Source of the DNA: Pelorhabdus rhamnosifermentans
Lineage (GTDB): Bacteria; Bacillota; Negativicutes; UMGS1260
DNA length: 32,000 nucleotides
Assembly (NCBI RefSeq): GCF_018835585.1
Contig: NZ_JAHGVE010000006.1
Coordinates: 71,825-103,824 of the forward strand
Reading direction: 5' to 3'
Shown: positions 8,789-19,853 of the stretch, piece after piece
Position numbering within the stretch: position 1 is the stretch's first letter
Layout: each line of letters begins with the position of its first letter
Position numbers and translations under genes: made by a program
Notes under the pieces: generated by a model
Told to the model about the DNA's origin: nothing
Seen by the model: the letters and a program-made list of their open reading frames with translations, nothing else
Databases searched by the model: none

Positions 8789-8989
8789 TCAGTTATTTAC
8801 GAAAACGACCTTAAAACCATCCATCCGAAGATTTGTTTCTAATGCTTCTGTCATTTCTGTTAAAGGTAACCGATGGGTAATTAGCTTATCAATAGGAAGA
8901 CCAATTTCTTTAGCCCGTTTTAAGAAAGCAAAGGTAGTGGGATTAGACTGATTTCCTCGTAAAAAATCTATGTTTTTATAGCAATTATT
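8789..8989 (-). pseudogene. C-terminal remnant of a zinc-type medium-chain (MDR) alcohol dehydrogenase
   Basis: Only the last roughly 65 codons are recognisable (FLKRAKEIGLPIDKLITHRLPLTEMTEALETNLRMDGFKVVFVNN-stop). The upstream space is occupied by the end of the MFS gene (stop at 8997), so no full-length gene is possible. Confidence 0.45.
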
Positions 8990-8996
8990 TGCTCTG

Positions 8997-10175
8997 TTAC
9001 GTATCCAATGTTTCTGAACCCTCTGCCGGCTCCTGGACAAACAAAGTAAAAACAAAACCCACTACAGGCAAAAAAGCCAGTAAATTAAATACCCAGGGCA
9101 ACCCCGATACATCAGCCATCCAACCCAGCCCTAATACTCCCATCGCTCCCAGTCCCATACTAAACCCAAGCGTCAATCCTGAAGCCATGCCAATATTACG
9201 CGGCATCATTTTCTGCGCTAATACTAAACTGCTCGTAAAGGTCGCTGCCAATAAAATGCTAACCAGTGCTAAAAGAATAAAGCCCAAAATTCCAGATGAA
9301 ATTTGAAAAAGAAACACTAACACAGCTACAGGTAAAATAGAATAAAACATGACTTGCCTGCTGCCATAACGGTCACTCATAGTACCGCCCAAAAGTGTTC
9401 CGACTGCTCCGGCAGCTAAATAAACAGTCAACAAAGAAGCGGCATAGGCAGAACTATCATGCAAAAAGGCGACGCAATACAACGGAACAAATGTACTAAT
9501 ACCAGAATTCACAGTTGCCCGTATCAACACCATTCCTAACAAAGCGATAAGTGGCAAGTTCACATTAACCGAAAGCTTTGCTTCAGCGGAAAAATTGCCT
9601 CTGTTCTGGGGCAAACGTGATAACTGCTTCATTACGAAAAGAAACATCATACTAATTGCAAGGTAAGGTAGTGCAAATAAATAGAGGGTAACGGAATCGC
9701 CAAGCAGCAAGGTTCCTAAAAAAGCCGATCCAATGGCAAATCCCGCATTACCGCCAACAGAAAATAAGCTAGCCCCTTTTCCCTTGGCTTTGCCACTGAG
9801 CCAATTGACCATCTTGGCCCCTTCCGGATGAAAAATAGCACTACCAAATCCACTAATCGCCGTGCACAACAGCACTAAAGGATAAGTAGGTACAAGCAAA
9901 GAAGCCAACATCACAATTCCTGTCACAAAACAACCAACAGGCATCCACCAAGGACGCGATTTTTTATCACTAAAATAGCCAAATATGGGTTGACTTACAG
10001 AGGAAGTCAGATTTTGTATCAAAATAATAGCCGTTAACTCAGCATAACTCAAGTCAAATTTCGCCTTAAAAAAGGGTAAAGCCACAAATAAGGCACCTGG
10101 CGCCAAATCGGTCACGGCATGTGCACACGTAATCACCCAAATCGAATAAGGAATATTTTTTATAGAACGTAACAT
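8997..10175 (-). CDS. MFS transporter (392 aa, about 12 TM)
   Basis: Hydrophobic multi-TM protein. ATG at 10175 is preceded by GGGGAGTGAG. It is divergent from an AraC-family regulator. Confidence 0.8.
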   Translation of the reverse strand: MLRSIKNIPYSIWVITCAHAVTDLAPGALFVALPFFKAKFDLSYAELTAIILIQNLTSSVSQPIFGYFSDKKSRPWWMPVGCFVTGIVMLASLLVPTYPLVLLCTAISGFGSAIFHPEGAKMVNWLSGKAKGKGASLFSVGGNAGFAIGSAFLGTLLLGDSVTLYLFALPYLAISMMFLFVMKQLSRLPQNRGNFSAEAKLSVNVNLPLIALLGMVLIRATVNSGISTFVPLYCVAFLHDSSAYAASLLTVYLAAGAVGTLLGGTMSDRYGSRQVMFYSILPVAVLVFLFQISSGILGFILLALVSILLAATFTSSLVLAQKMMPRNIGMASGLTLGFSMGLGAMGVLGLGWMADVSGLPWVFNLLAFLPVVGFVFTLFVQEPAEGSETLDT

Positions 10176-10349
10176 TATAACTCACTCCCCATCATAGTTG
10201 ATCACCGCTTTTATTAGAACAATATTGTTCATAAGCAGTTATCACATGCTATAATTATAGTGATAAAGTCAGATGGGTTCATGAATAATATTGCTCGATT
10301 ATAGCACGATATTGATATTTTATAAAATTGAGGAGAGAGAAAGCAAACA

Positions 10350-11213
10350 ATGATTATTACAAATAATGGTCATATGATCGACCAAGATATCCAGAGTGAT
10401 TTTCCAGTAAAAATAAGGCGTGCTCAATATCATGAACAAGGACCGATTCTAAAAAGTCATTGGCATGAAGAATTCATGATCTTTTATATCAAACAAGGTC
10501 AAGCCATCATTTATTGCAATTCCAAATCCATCCCGGTCGGTGCCGGAGATTTAATCGTAATTAATAGCAACGATATTCATTATATGGAAAATCTTTGTAG
10601 CGAGCTCATTGAATACTACTACATCATCATTAATTTTGCCTTTCTTCTCAGTAAACAAGAAGACTTATGCCAAACGAAATACATTAATCCCCTCATACAA
10701 CAACGTATTCGCTTTGAAAACCAGATAAAAAATGACAATGAGCTTCTTCATCAAGTGGAAGAATTAATTGATGAATATCAACAACAAAATCAAGGCTATG
10801 AACTTTTAATTAAAGCCGACCTTTATCATATTATAGTCCTGCTCATGCGACGGCATATAATGCCCATAGCTGAAGAAGAAAATAAGCGACAATATAATAT
10901 ACTCCATCAACTGCGCCCCGTACTAGAATACATTGACCAGCATTACACACAAAAGCTTACATTAGCGGAAATTTCCACCATGGCCAATATGAGCCGTCAT
11001 CATTTTTGCCGACTCTTCAAAAGCATTACAGGCAAACCACCCATTGATTATATTAATCATTTACGTATCAATGCAGCCATAGAGCTGCTAAAGGAAGGGC
11101 ATCTAAATATCAGCGAAATTGCCATGACCGTCGGATTTAATGATAGCAACTATTTCAGCCGTCTATTCAAAAAATACAAAAACTGCTCTCCCACATCGAT
11201 ACAAAAAAAATAA
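10350..11213 (+). CDS. AraC/XylS-family transcriptional regulator (N-terminal cupin + C-terminal double HTH)
   Basis: 287 aa. The C-terminal region LTLAEISTMANMSRHHFCRLFKSITGKPPIDYINHLRINAAIELL...ISEIAMTVGFNDSNYFSRLFKKY is a canonical AraC HTH. GAGGAGAG RBS is present. Confidence 0.85.
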   Translation: MIITNNGHMIDQDIQSDFPVKIRRAQYHEQGPILKSHWHEEFMIFYIKQGQAIIYCNSKSIPVGAGDLIVINSNDIHYMENLCSELIEYYYIIINFAFLLSKQEDLCQTKYINPLIQQRIRFENQIKNDNELLHQVEELIDEYQQQNQGYELLIKADLYHIIVLLMRRHIMPIAEEENKRQYNILHQLRPVLEYIDQHYTQKLTLAEISTMANMSRHHFCRLFKSITGKPPIDYINHLRINAAIELLKEGHLNISEIAMTVGFNDSNYFSRLFKKYKNCSPTSIQKK

Positions 11214-11246
11214 CAAGCATGAATGTCTGCCCGCATCTCGCAGTCA

Positions 11247-11411
11247 TCAATTTTCTATTAGCATTTCTTCCGATTCGTTGCCACAGACATTACAGACTAC
11301 AGATATTTTCCCTGTTTGACTGTCTGACGAGAATTTAATTAAATGAACCTCAAAATTTTCCATTTCACTCGATAATGTTTCAGTATTGCCACAGGTACAG
11401 CTAATTCGCAT
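11247..11411 (-). CDS. Small (54 aa) CxC...CxxC zinc-ribbon-like protein; below the ORF-track length cutoff
   Basis: GGAGG lies 6 nt upstream of the ATG (11411). Translation: MRISCTCGNTETLSSEMENFEVHLIKFSSDSQTGKISVVCNVCGNESEEMLIEN. The two Cys pairs are about 33 residues apart. It sits just downstream of the OMP terminator. Confidence 0.4.
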   Translation of the reverse strand: MRISCTCGNTETLSSEMENFEVHLIKFSSDSQTGKISVVCNVCGNESEEMLIEN

Positions 11412-11475
11412 ATGTTTACCTCCAATACATAGAATAGAAGAAATATTCGCTACATAGGTCGAAAGTCCTGTAAAT

Positions 11476-11511
11476 AAAAAAAACCCTCAACCAGAATAAA
11501 CCGATTGAGAG
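11476..11511 (-). terminator. Rho-independent terminator downstream of the OMP gene
   Basis: On the minus strand, a CTCTCAA...TTGAGGG stem (one G-U pair) is followed by T8, about 20 nt after the stop at 11532. Confidence 0.55.
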
Positions 11512-11531
11512 CTTAAAATTTCCTCATTGAA

Positions 11532-12146
11532 TTAAATCTTAAAAGTTACACCACCAACTACACCTTTTGCCGTAACATCACTTTTAGTACTATCACTAAA
11601 AGTTATATCCTTATATTTAGTATCGCGGTAGCCAATATTCAAATCAGTATTTTTGGCTAATTCATAACTAAGACCGATTTCATAACCAGAAACACGATTG
11701 CCTGTACTCAAGACACCATATGCTTTGGTGCTGGAAGTAATCGGCACATTGGCAGCAACTCCCACCACAACACCGTTATGCTGAGAACTTCCCACTGCCT
11801 GAGTCTGAGAGACACCACCAAAGACTGAAACGTTGACCAATGTATCAATAAGATTATCTACCAAGCATATCTGTTGTGCTTTAATTTCACTACTACCATT
11901 AAGTGATGTTTTCGTTTTAAAATCATTATAAGTATATTGTCCTGCAAAACCAAATCCAATACCTGCTGTAACACCATACCCCACGTTTTTCTTTCCATCT
12001 ACTTTTTTGCTACCCGATAAATCGGGGGCACTCAAATTCAAATCGAGTGCAACTTGTCCCAAAGAACAGTCTGGCAAAGGACCAGCCGCACAAACAGCAG
12101 AAGTTACAAGAACTAGTAAAATCGTCAGACAAAAAATTTTCTTCAT
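11532..12146 (-). CDS. Outer-membrane beta-barrel protein with Sec signal peptide (small porin / OmpW-OmpA-like family)
   Basis: Signal peptide MKKIFCLTILLVLVTSAVCAAG. The rest has the alternating Gly/aromatic-rich beta-strand pattern (GYGVTAGIGFGFAGQYTY, GYEIGLSYEL, NIGYRDTKY). AGGAGAG RBS is present. Confidence 0.7.
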   Translation of the reverse strand: MKKIFCLTILLVLVTSAVCAAGPLPDCSLGQVALDLNLSAPDLSGSKKVDGKKNVGYGVTAGIGFGFAGQYTYNDFKTKTSLNGSSEIKAQQICLVDNLIDTLVNVSVFGGVSQTQAVGSSQHNGVVVGVAANVPITSSTKAYGVLSTGNRVSGYEIGLSYELAKNTDLNIGYRDTKYKDITFSDSTKSDVTAKGVVGGVTFKI

Positions 12147-12304
12147 AAATTGATCTCTCCTCTAATTGTCAATATTGTGGACTACAGTAAAACTATAACA
12201 ATATAATCTTTTAAATTCATTTTATTTTGCTTTACTTTTCAAACCAAACGCATCATAACATTCTATGGCTTAAAAGTCAAAAAACGGCTTCTTATGTCCC
12301 TCCC

Positions 12305-12829
12305 TTACATTCCGACAGTCTTGATTGCTACATGATCCCATCCCACTCTGCAAAGAATTTCCGCACAAGCCACAGCATCACTTTCTGCTTCATGATGATT
12401 CAAGTCGATTTTTAAATAATCGGCTACGGTAGAAAGCTTGTGATTGTTCAGCTTGGGCCAAACCTTTCTTGCCACTTGTAATGAATCAATGACCTGAAAT
12501 TCAGGAATGGCAAACTGATAGGTTTTTAGCGCAGCAAGTAAAACCCCGGTATCAAAGCTAGCATTATGAGCCGCAATAATTTGATTCTCAATATAAGGCT
12601 GAATTTCCGGCCAGAGCACGCCAAACGTCGGTTCACTTTTTACTTTTTCATAGGTTATCCCATGAATATAAGTAAAAGTAAAATAACTCGTAGGCGGCTT
12701 AATCAGCCAGGATTTCCGTTCAACGATCCTGCCGGCGCGGACCACGGCAAGCCCGAGCTGGCAGGCACTGTTTTTCTGAAAATTAGCTGTTTCAAAGTCG
12801 ATAGCCGTAAAAGTCGGTTTTACGCTCAC
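12305..12829 (-). CDS. DEDDh-family 3'-5' exonuclease (DnaQ / Pol III epsilon-like), stand-alone
   Basis: Exo motifs are AIDFETAN (DxE), AHNASFDTGVL and HHEAESDA (H-x4-D). The track start at 12925 is a TTG that adds a hydrophobic, non-conserved 32-aa extension. A GTG at 12829, 9 nt after AAGGGGA, gives 174 aa. The start is uncertain. Confidence 0.7.
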   Translation of the reverse strand: MSVKPTFTAIDFETANFQKNSACQLGLAVVRAGRIVERKSWLIKPPTSYFTFTYIHGITYEKVKSEPTFGVLWPEIQPYIENQIIAAHNASFDTGVLLAALKTYQFAIPEFQVIDSLQVARKVWPKLNNHKLSTVADYLKIDLNHHEAESDAVACAEILCRVGWDHVAIKTVGM

Positions 12830-13109
12830 AATATCATTTCCCCTTTGCAGTACGCCAAATAAAAATTGCCCCACCCCAAACAAACAGAGTGGGAGTTTTA
12901 GCGGTATTAGAAGCATGGCAACCAACGCCTGTTTCTAATACCGCATTTAATTTATTTACATCTATGTTCATTGTGATATAAAAGCTTTTATTTTGTCCTT
13001 GATTAAAGTTGCCGTTTATTTCCCATGCTTATCATCACAATATTACTACTAGTATAGCATAAAGCATCGGCAAAACAAGCAGTGATACGATTGTTAAGAG
13101 GTGATCAGC

Positions 13110-13404
13110 ATGTTCTATTGGATGATGTTTTTTTTAGCTATTATTACGGAAGTCATTGGCACCAGCACCATGAAATTCATCAGTGAGTACGCTCCCGTAA
13201 AAGACCAGCTTTTCCTATTCGTTGCCATTTGATTATCTTATTATTTTCTATCCAAAAAAACTTTCTTATGCCATTTGGTGCGGTTTAGGCCTCATTGCCA
13301 CAACTTTGCTAGATTATATTTTATTCGAGCAAACGATTGACGCCAAAGGATGGCTTGGACTTTCTCTAATTACTTGCGGCATTGCAATTTTAACTTTTTC
13401 ATAA
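13110..13404 (+). pseudogene. SMR-family (EmrE/QacC-like) small multidrug efflux gene, frameshifted
   Basis: AAGAGGTGA RBS precedes the ATG at 13110. The N-terminal half (MFYWMMFFLAIITEVIGTSTMKF...) stops at 13230-13232. A TM2-like stretch (LIILLFSIQK) lies in a second frame. The C-terminal half (SYAIWCGLGLIATTLLDYILFEQ...GIAILTFS) is in a third frame, ending at 13404. One frame change coincides with an A7 run (13254-13260). Confidence 0.6.
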
Positions 13405-13459
13405 TCATAGTTCAGGCTACATACATAAAGGAAAGTAGGTCAGTCAATCTTTATGGAGT

Positions 13460-14339
13460 GTTTCAATCCACACGCCCGCGAAGGGCGTGACTTAATCTGA
13501 ATCTGAGTTTTCCCGTACTGTGCATTTCAATCCACACGCCCGTGAGGGGCGTGACTTTCAGTTAAAGGCAAATGGCGTAGTAAAGTTTTGTTTCAATCCA
13601 CACGCCCGTGAGGGGCGTGACGTTATTGAGATTAAGTTTAATGACTTTTTGGATGTTTCAATCCACACGCCCGTGAGGGGCGTGACTTGTAAGCCTGAAA
13701 TATTCGAAATGACTTATGAGTTTCAATCCACACGCCCGTGAGGGGCGTGACAAAGATTTGCTTGGAGAATGCAATTGGGTGCATGTTTCAATCCACACGC
13801 CCGTGAGGGGCGTGACCAAATAGGCTTCGTTGGTATCTGCAAAGTACAAGTTTCAATCCACACGCCCGTGAGGGGCGTGACGGTATTAAAGGCTGAAGGT
13901 CATGGCGTATCTGTGTTTCAATCCACACGCCCGTGAGGGGCGTGACAGCACCGCCTGTTAAATCCCCTCCTACTGCGTATGTTTCAATCCACACGCCCGT
14001 GAGGGGCGTGACGGTGATGTTTTTAAGCTGAATTGGCCTCCTTATGGTTTCAATCCACACGCCCGTGAGGGGCGTGACACCATGAGAGATATAGCCTACA
14101 AGTGCTTAAATGTTTCAATCCACACGCCCGTGAGGGGCGTGACTGCCTGGTGGCGAATCATTTACTCAGCCATACTTGTTTCAATCCACACGCCCGTGAG
14201 GGGCGTGACATGCTGAATTTTCGATTGGGATCAATAGTGATGGTTTCAATCCACACGCCCGTGAGGGGCGTGACCAAGATTACCCGATACGACCGCTTTC
14301 CCTGAAGGTTTCAATCCACACGCCCGTGAGGGGCGTGAC
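13460..14339 (-). CRISPR. CRISPR array with type I-C repeats: 14 repeats of 32 bp and 13 spacers of 32-34 bp
   Basis: The repeat on the plus strand is GTTTCAATCCACACGCCCGTGAGGGGCGTGAC; in the transcribed orientation it is GTCACGCCCCTCACGGGCGTGTGGATTGAAAC. It has a CACGCCC/GGGCGTG stem and an ATTGAAAC 3' end typical of I-C. Repeat starts: 13460, 13524, 13590, 13655, 13720, 13785, 13850, 13915, 13981, 14047, 14112, 14178, 14243, 14308. The repeat at 13460 has 2 substitutions and the one at 13524 has 1, marking the degenerate leader-distal end. This sets the leader next to cas2. Confidence 0.97.
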
Positions 14340-14503
14340 TGTCAGACTCAAGCCATAAGAAAATCATGCTCAGAAACACATGATTTTGCGAACCTCAAAA
14401 TAAAGTTCAGTAAAATAAAGATTTTTTACCATAAACAAGTCAAATTTGCTTTAGATCAAGCATGCGAATCTCCCAGGAAAACGATGAGCACTACAGGTTC
14501 GCA
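14340..14503 (-). promoter_or_regulatory. CRISPR leader (AT-rich region between cas2 and the first repeat)
   Basis: The call rests on position (between the cas2 stop at 14504 and the intact first repeat at 14339), AT-richness, and the polarity inferred from repeat degeneracy at the far end. No specific promoter hexamers are asserted. Confidence 0.5.
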
Positions 14504-14794
14504 TTAGATCATTAAGACCCCCTCCGGATCATATCCCGTCTTAGCACCAAAATGCTCTACACGATTTTTCCAGCTGTTACCGAGAAAATAATAACGTAAA
14601 CTATCTGTTTCCGGATCAACAATGCTTTCTAAACAGTGTTTTAATTCTGCAAATTGTGTTGGATCAACTAAGCATTCAAACACCGAGTTTTGCACTCGCT
14701 GACCATAATTGACACATTGCTTAGCTACTTTCCGTAGACGGCTTTTCCCTAAAGGCGTTATCACATTCACATCGTAGGTAATCAAAACCATCAT
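14504..14794 (-). CDS. cas2: CRISPR-associated endoribonuclease Cas2
   Basis: 96 aa with N-terminus MMVLITYDV (Cas2 beta1 with catalytic Asp). GAGGTG RBS is present. It is the last cas gene before the leader. Confidence 0.9.
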   Translation of the reverse strand: MMVLITYDVNVITPLGKSRLRKVAKQCVNYGQRVQNSVFECLVDPTQFAELKHCLESIVDPETDSLRYYFLGNSWKNRVEHFGAKTGYDPEGVLMI

Positions 14795-14804
14795 AGTTCA
14801 CACC

Positions 14805-15835
14805 TCATTTCCAGAAAAATGGCGGATAATCTTCCAAATCTCCTCGCATATGCCTAGCTAATAACATAGCCTGAACATATGGTACTAGACCTAAAGGAAT
14901 TTTTTTCTCCAAATAGGGATGGATGATTTCCTCTTGTTTTCTTTTTTGCCAAGCAGTCAATACTTCCTTACGTGTATCATCATCCATAACTACAGCACCA
15001 TTTTCTTTTTTTATAAATCCTTTAGCAGAAATCTGGTTGCGGTTAATCAAAGTCACTGCCAATCTATCTGCAAAATGAGGTCTCAATTCTTCCATGACAT
15101 CCAGCGCAAGACTAGGTCGTCCGTGTCGCTCCCGATGCAAAAATCCAACCTGCGGATCTAATCCAATGCTTTCTAAAGCGGCAACAACCTCATGTGCCAG
15201 CAGTGTATATAAAAAAGAAAGTGCGCATTAATATAATCAGTAGGTGGACGACGATTTCGATCATCCATGTGAAAATCCTCTTTTTGATTAAGTATTAACT
15301 GATTGAAATTCGAAAAATAAATTCGTGCTGCTTCTCCTTCAATACCACGTATTTCATCACCATTTTCTGCTCTTTCTAAGCGTTTTGGCATGTTTCCCAA
15401 CCATTGCAGCGCAGTTTGTAACACTTCATTATCAACAACTTCCGGATGATCCCGTAAAACGCGATGCAAAACTGCTCGACTATTGATAATTTTTGCTGCA
15501 ATAAACCGCCGGGACAAACGGGCAGATGTGTCCACATCATCGGACCAACGATATTGTGTACGTCTCAGCAAAACATTACCAGAAATATTGCCTGTTACAC
15601 GCCCCATAAATTTACCATAGGCAGTTAAAAATGAAAGAGCTACACCACGTTCACTACACAGGTACATTAATTTCGGACTGGCACCTGCAAAACCGAAACA
15701 AATAATTCCCTCTAAATTATGTACAGGAACACGAAACTTCACTTCATCGTTAACTTTAATCAACACATTTTCGCCATCACAAGCTAAATAAGAATCAGGC
15801 ATAGTTACATAGAGTGTATTTAAAAGTCGTCTCAA
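14805..15835 (-). pseudogene. cas1: cas1 (type I-C) split by a -1-nt frameshift at about 15222-15227
   Basis: The N-terminal ORF (15173-15835) has a TTG start overlapping the cas4 stop and reads MRRLLNTLYVT...NRRPPTDYINA before running into out-of-frame sequence. The other frame opens right at the junction (a TAA at 15228-15230 closes it upstream). It reads ALSFLYTLLAHEVVAALESIGLDPQVGFLHRERHGRPSLALDVMEELRP... through to the stop at 14805. Together the two parts total about 343 aa, a normal Cas1 length. Confidence 0.85.
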
Positions 15836-16521
15836 GAATCATCTACCTCCACACTGCACATGCGTGCCAAATAAGCCTTTACAGAATGACCATGCAATGT
15901 CCATTCCGGCTGACATTGTTCCACAAGAGAACATTGTGAACAATGCCTTCCTTTTTGCGCCTTGGGAGTCTTACCATCTTGGATAAGCTGATGCATTCTG
16001 AGGGCAAGTTCTACCGTGTGCTTTCGTAGCGTCTCATCCAATGTAATAGGTTCGCGATGTTTGGTTTGTCCATAAAAAAGGAACCCTTCATCAATGGATA
16101 TTTGCAACATTTCCTCTAGCGCTATGGCTTGCGCACACAACTGCACAGCATCTCGATCATCTTTTTTGGGGCGTCCGCGTTTATATTCAACAGGAGCAGG
16201 CCTCCACCATCCCTCGCGTCCTTCTAGTTCACACGTTTTTCCTGCAACGTAATTAGGACTTTGATAAAATTCTACAACGTCAGCGATACCTCGCAGTCCC
16301 AGTTGTTGAGAAACAAGTGGCATCGCTCGAACAATCCGCACCTTCTTCCGACTTTCATCTGCAAATGGATCATCTGTTCTTTCGTGAAGATGTTGTCCTT
16401 CTACAGTACGAACATTTTCTGACCAAACTTGTTCAATATGAATAAGTGCCCACTGACGTTCACAAAAAGCCATATGTTGAATTCCCGATAGCATAAGAAA
16501 ATCTTCTTCTGAATAGGACAT
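15832..16521 (-). CDS. cas4: CRISPR-associated RecB-like exonuclease Cas4
   Basis: N-terminal Cys (HMAFCERQW), RecB motifs (IADVVEF, VEYKRG) and a C-terminal Cys cluster (CSQCSLVEQC) for the Fe-S centre. The ATG at 16521 lies 1 nt after the cas7 stop. The track's upstream extension overlaps cas7 and is unlikely to be real. Confidence 0.9.
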   Translation of the reverse strand: MSYSEEDFLMLSGIQHMAFCERQWALIHIEQVWSENVRTVEGQHLHERTDDPFADESRKKVRIVRAMPLVSQQLGLRGIADVVEFYQSPNYVAGKTCELEGREGWWRPAPVEYKRGRPKKDDRDAVQLCAQAIALEEMLQISIDEGFLFYGQTKHREPITLDETLRKHTVELALRMHQLIQDGKTPKAQKGRHCSQCSLVEQCQPEWTLHGHSVKAYLARMCSVEVDDS

Positions 16522-16522
16522 G

Positions 16523-17394
16523 TTATTCACGCTCAATAATCGTAACGCCGTCCGACTTTTCCTTATTATTGACAATAATGCTATAGTCCGTAAATGCACG
16601 TGGCGGCTTTTCTTCATCATTGCGTTTTACAGTAACTAAGTCAAATAATTTATGTGCTGGAGCGTTTCCTAATGCTGTATCATGTTTAAAAACAACTAAT
16701 TTTCTGCTGGACATTTTACCACGAGCTGCCGAATGATCATTTTCAAACATATTTATAAGCGCCTGCCAAAAAATTTCAAGATCTTCTTCAGAAAATCCAG
16801 TCTTTTGTGCCAATGCTGCTGAAATATAGCCTTCAGCACGATAAACGGCGTAAGGTACAATGTGTTTACGTCCCATCGTACGTTCCTTGTCAGCATCCTT
16901 TTTATTTGCCACAGCCATGCGAGTAATCGTTATTTCTTGTGGAACAATGGGGTCCAAACTTTTAGCAAACCCAAACTGAATAGGTCCACGCACTTGCCCG
17001 CAATTTACTTCCATTGTCATAACTGCACCAAACGCTCGAATATCATAGAATCGATCACACATATATTGGGTTATCTTCTTAGCCTGATCAGGATCTTTGG
17101 GAAGTTTTTTAGACTCCGGCTTAATCTTTAATTCATTATAGGCAAGCTCATTGATATCATTTAGAACAGCCTTTTCACGCACATAAATATCAAAAGGACT
17201 ACTTCCGCCCTTTGCAAGTTCTACATAATTTCGAACTTTACGTTTGAGACAAACATCAGAAACAAGTCCCTGACTTGTTTCTGGATCAATACGTGGCATA
17301 TTTCCCGCATCTGGATCACCATTGGGGTTCCCATTTTCCACTTCAAAAAAAAGTACAAATTCATAACGATTATTCAATACATCACTCACGTTAA

Positions 17395-17398
<4 letters not shown>
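16523..17398 (-). CDS. cas7: Type I-C Cascade backbone subunit Cas7 (Csd2)
   Basis: 291 aa with ENGNPNGDPDAGNMPRIDPET, a hallmark Csd2/Cas7 motif. ATGA overlap with the cas8c stop. Confidence 0.9.

Positions 17399-19853
<2,455 letters not shown>

Noticed and set aside
12305-12925. DnaQ-like DEDDh exonuclease as a CRISPR adaptation accessory (by analogy with Cas2-DnaQ fusions)
   Set aside because: It is separated from the array by an SMR pseudogene and intergenic DNA and is not part of the cas operon. I-C systems use Cas4 for prespacer trimming. There is no sequence-based link.
13520-14305. Four ORFs in the track (13520-13741 +, 13658-13849 -, 13788-14060 -, 14102-14305 +) with reiterated peptides such as FNPHAREGRD and TPLTGVWIET
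   Set aside because: They are translations of the 32-bp CRISPR repeat in different frames, not genes.
16522-16620. 33-codon N-terminal extension of cas4 overlapping cas7
   Set aside because: The ATG at 16521 immediately follows the cas7 stop and gives a typical Cas4 length of about 229 aa. The extension is not Cas4-like.
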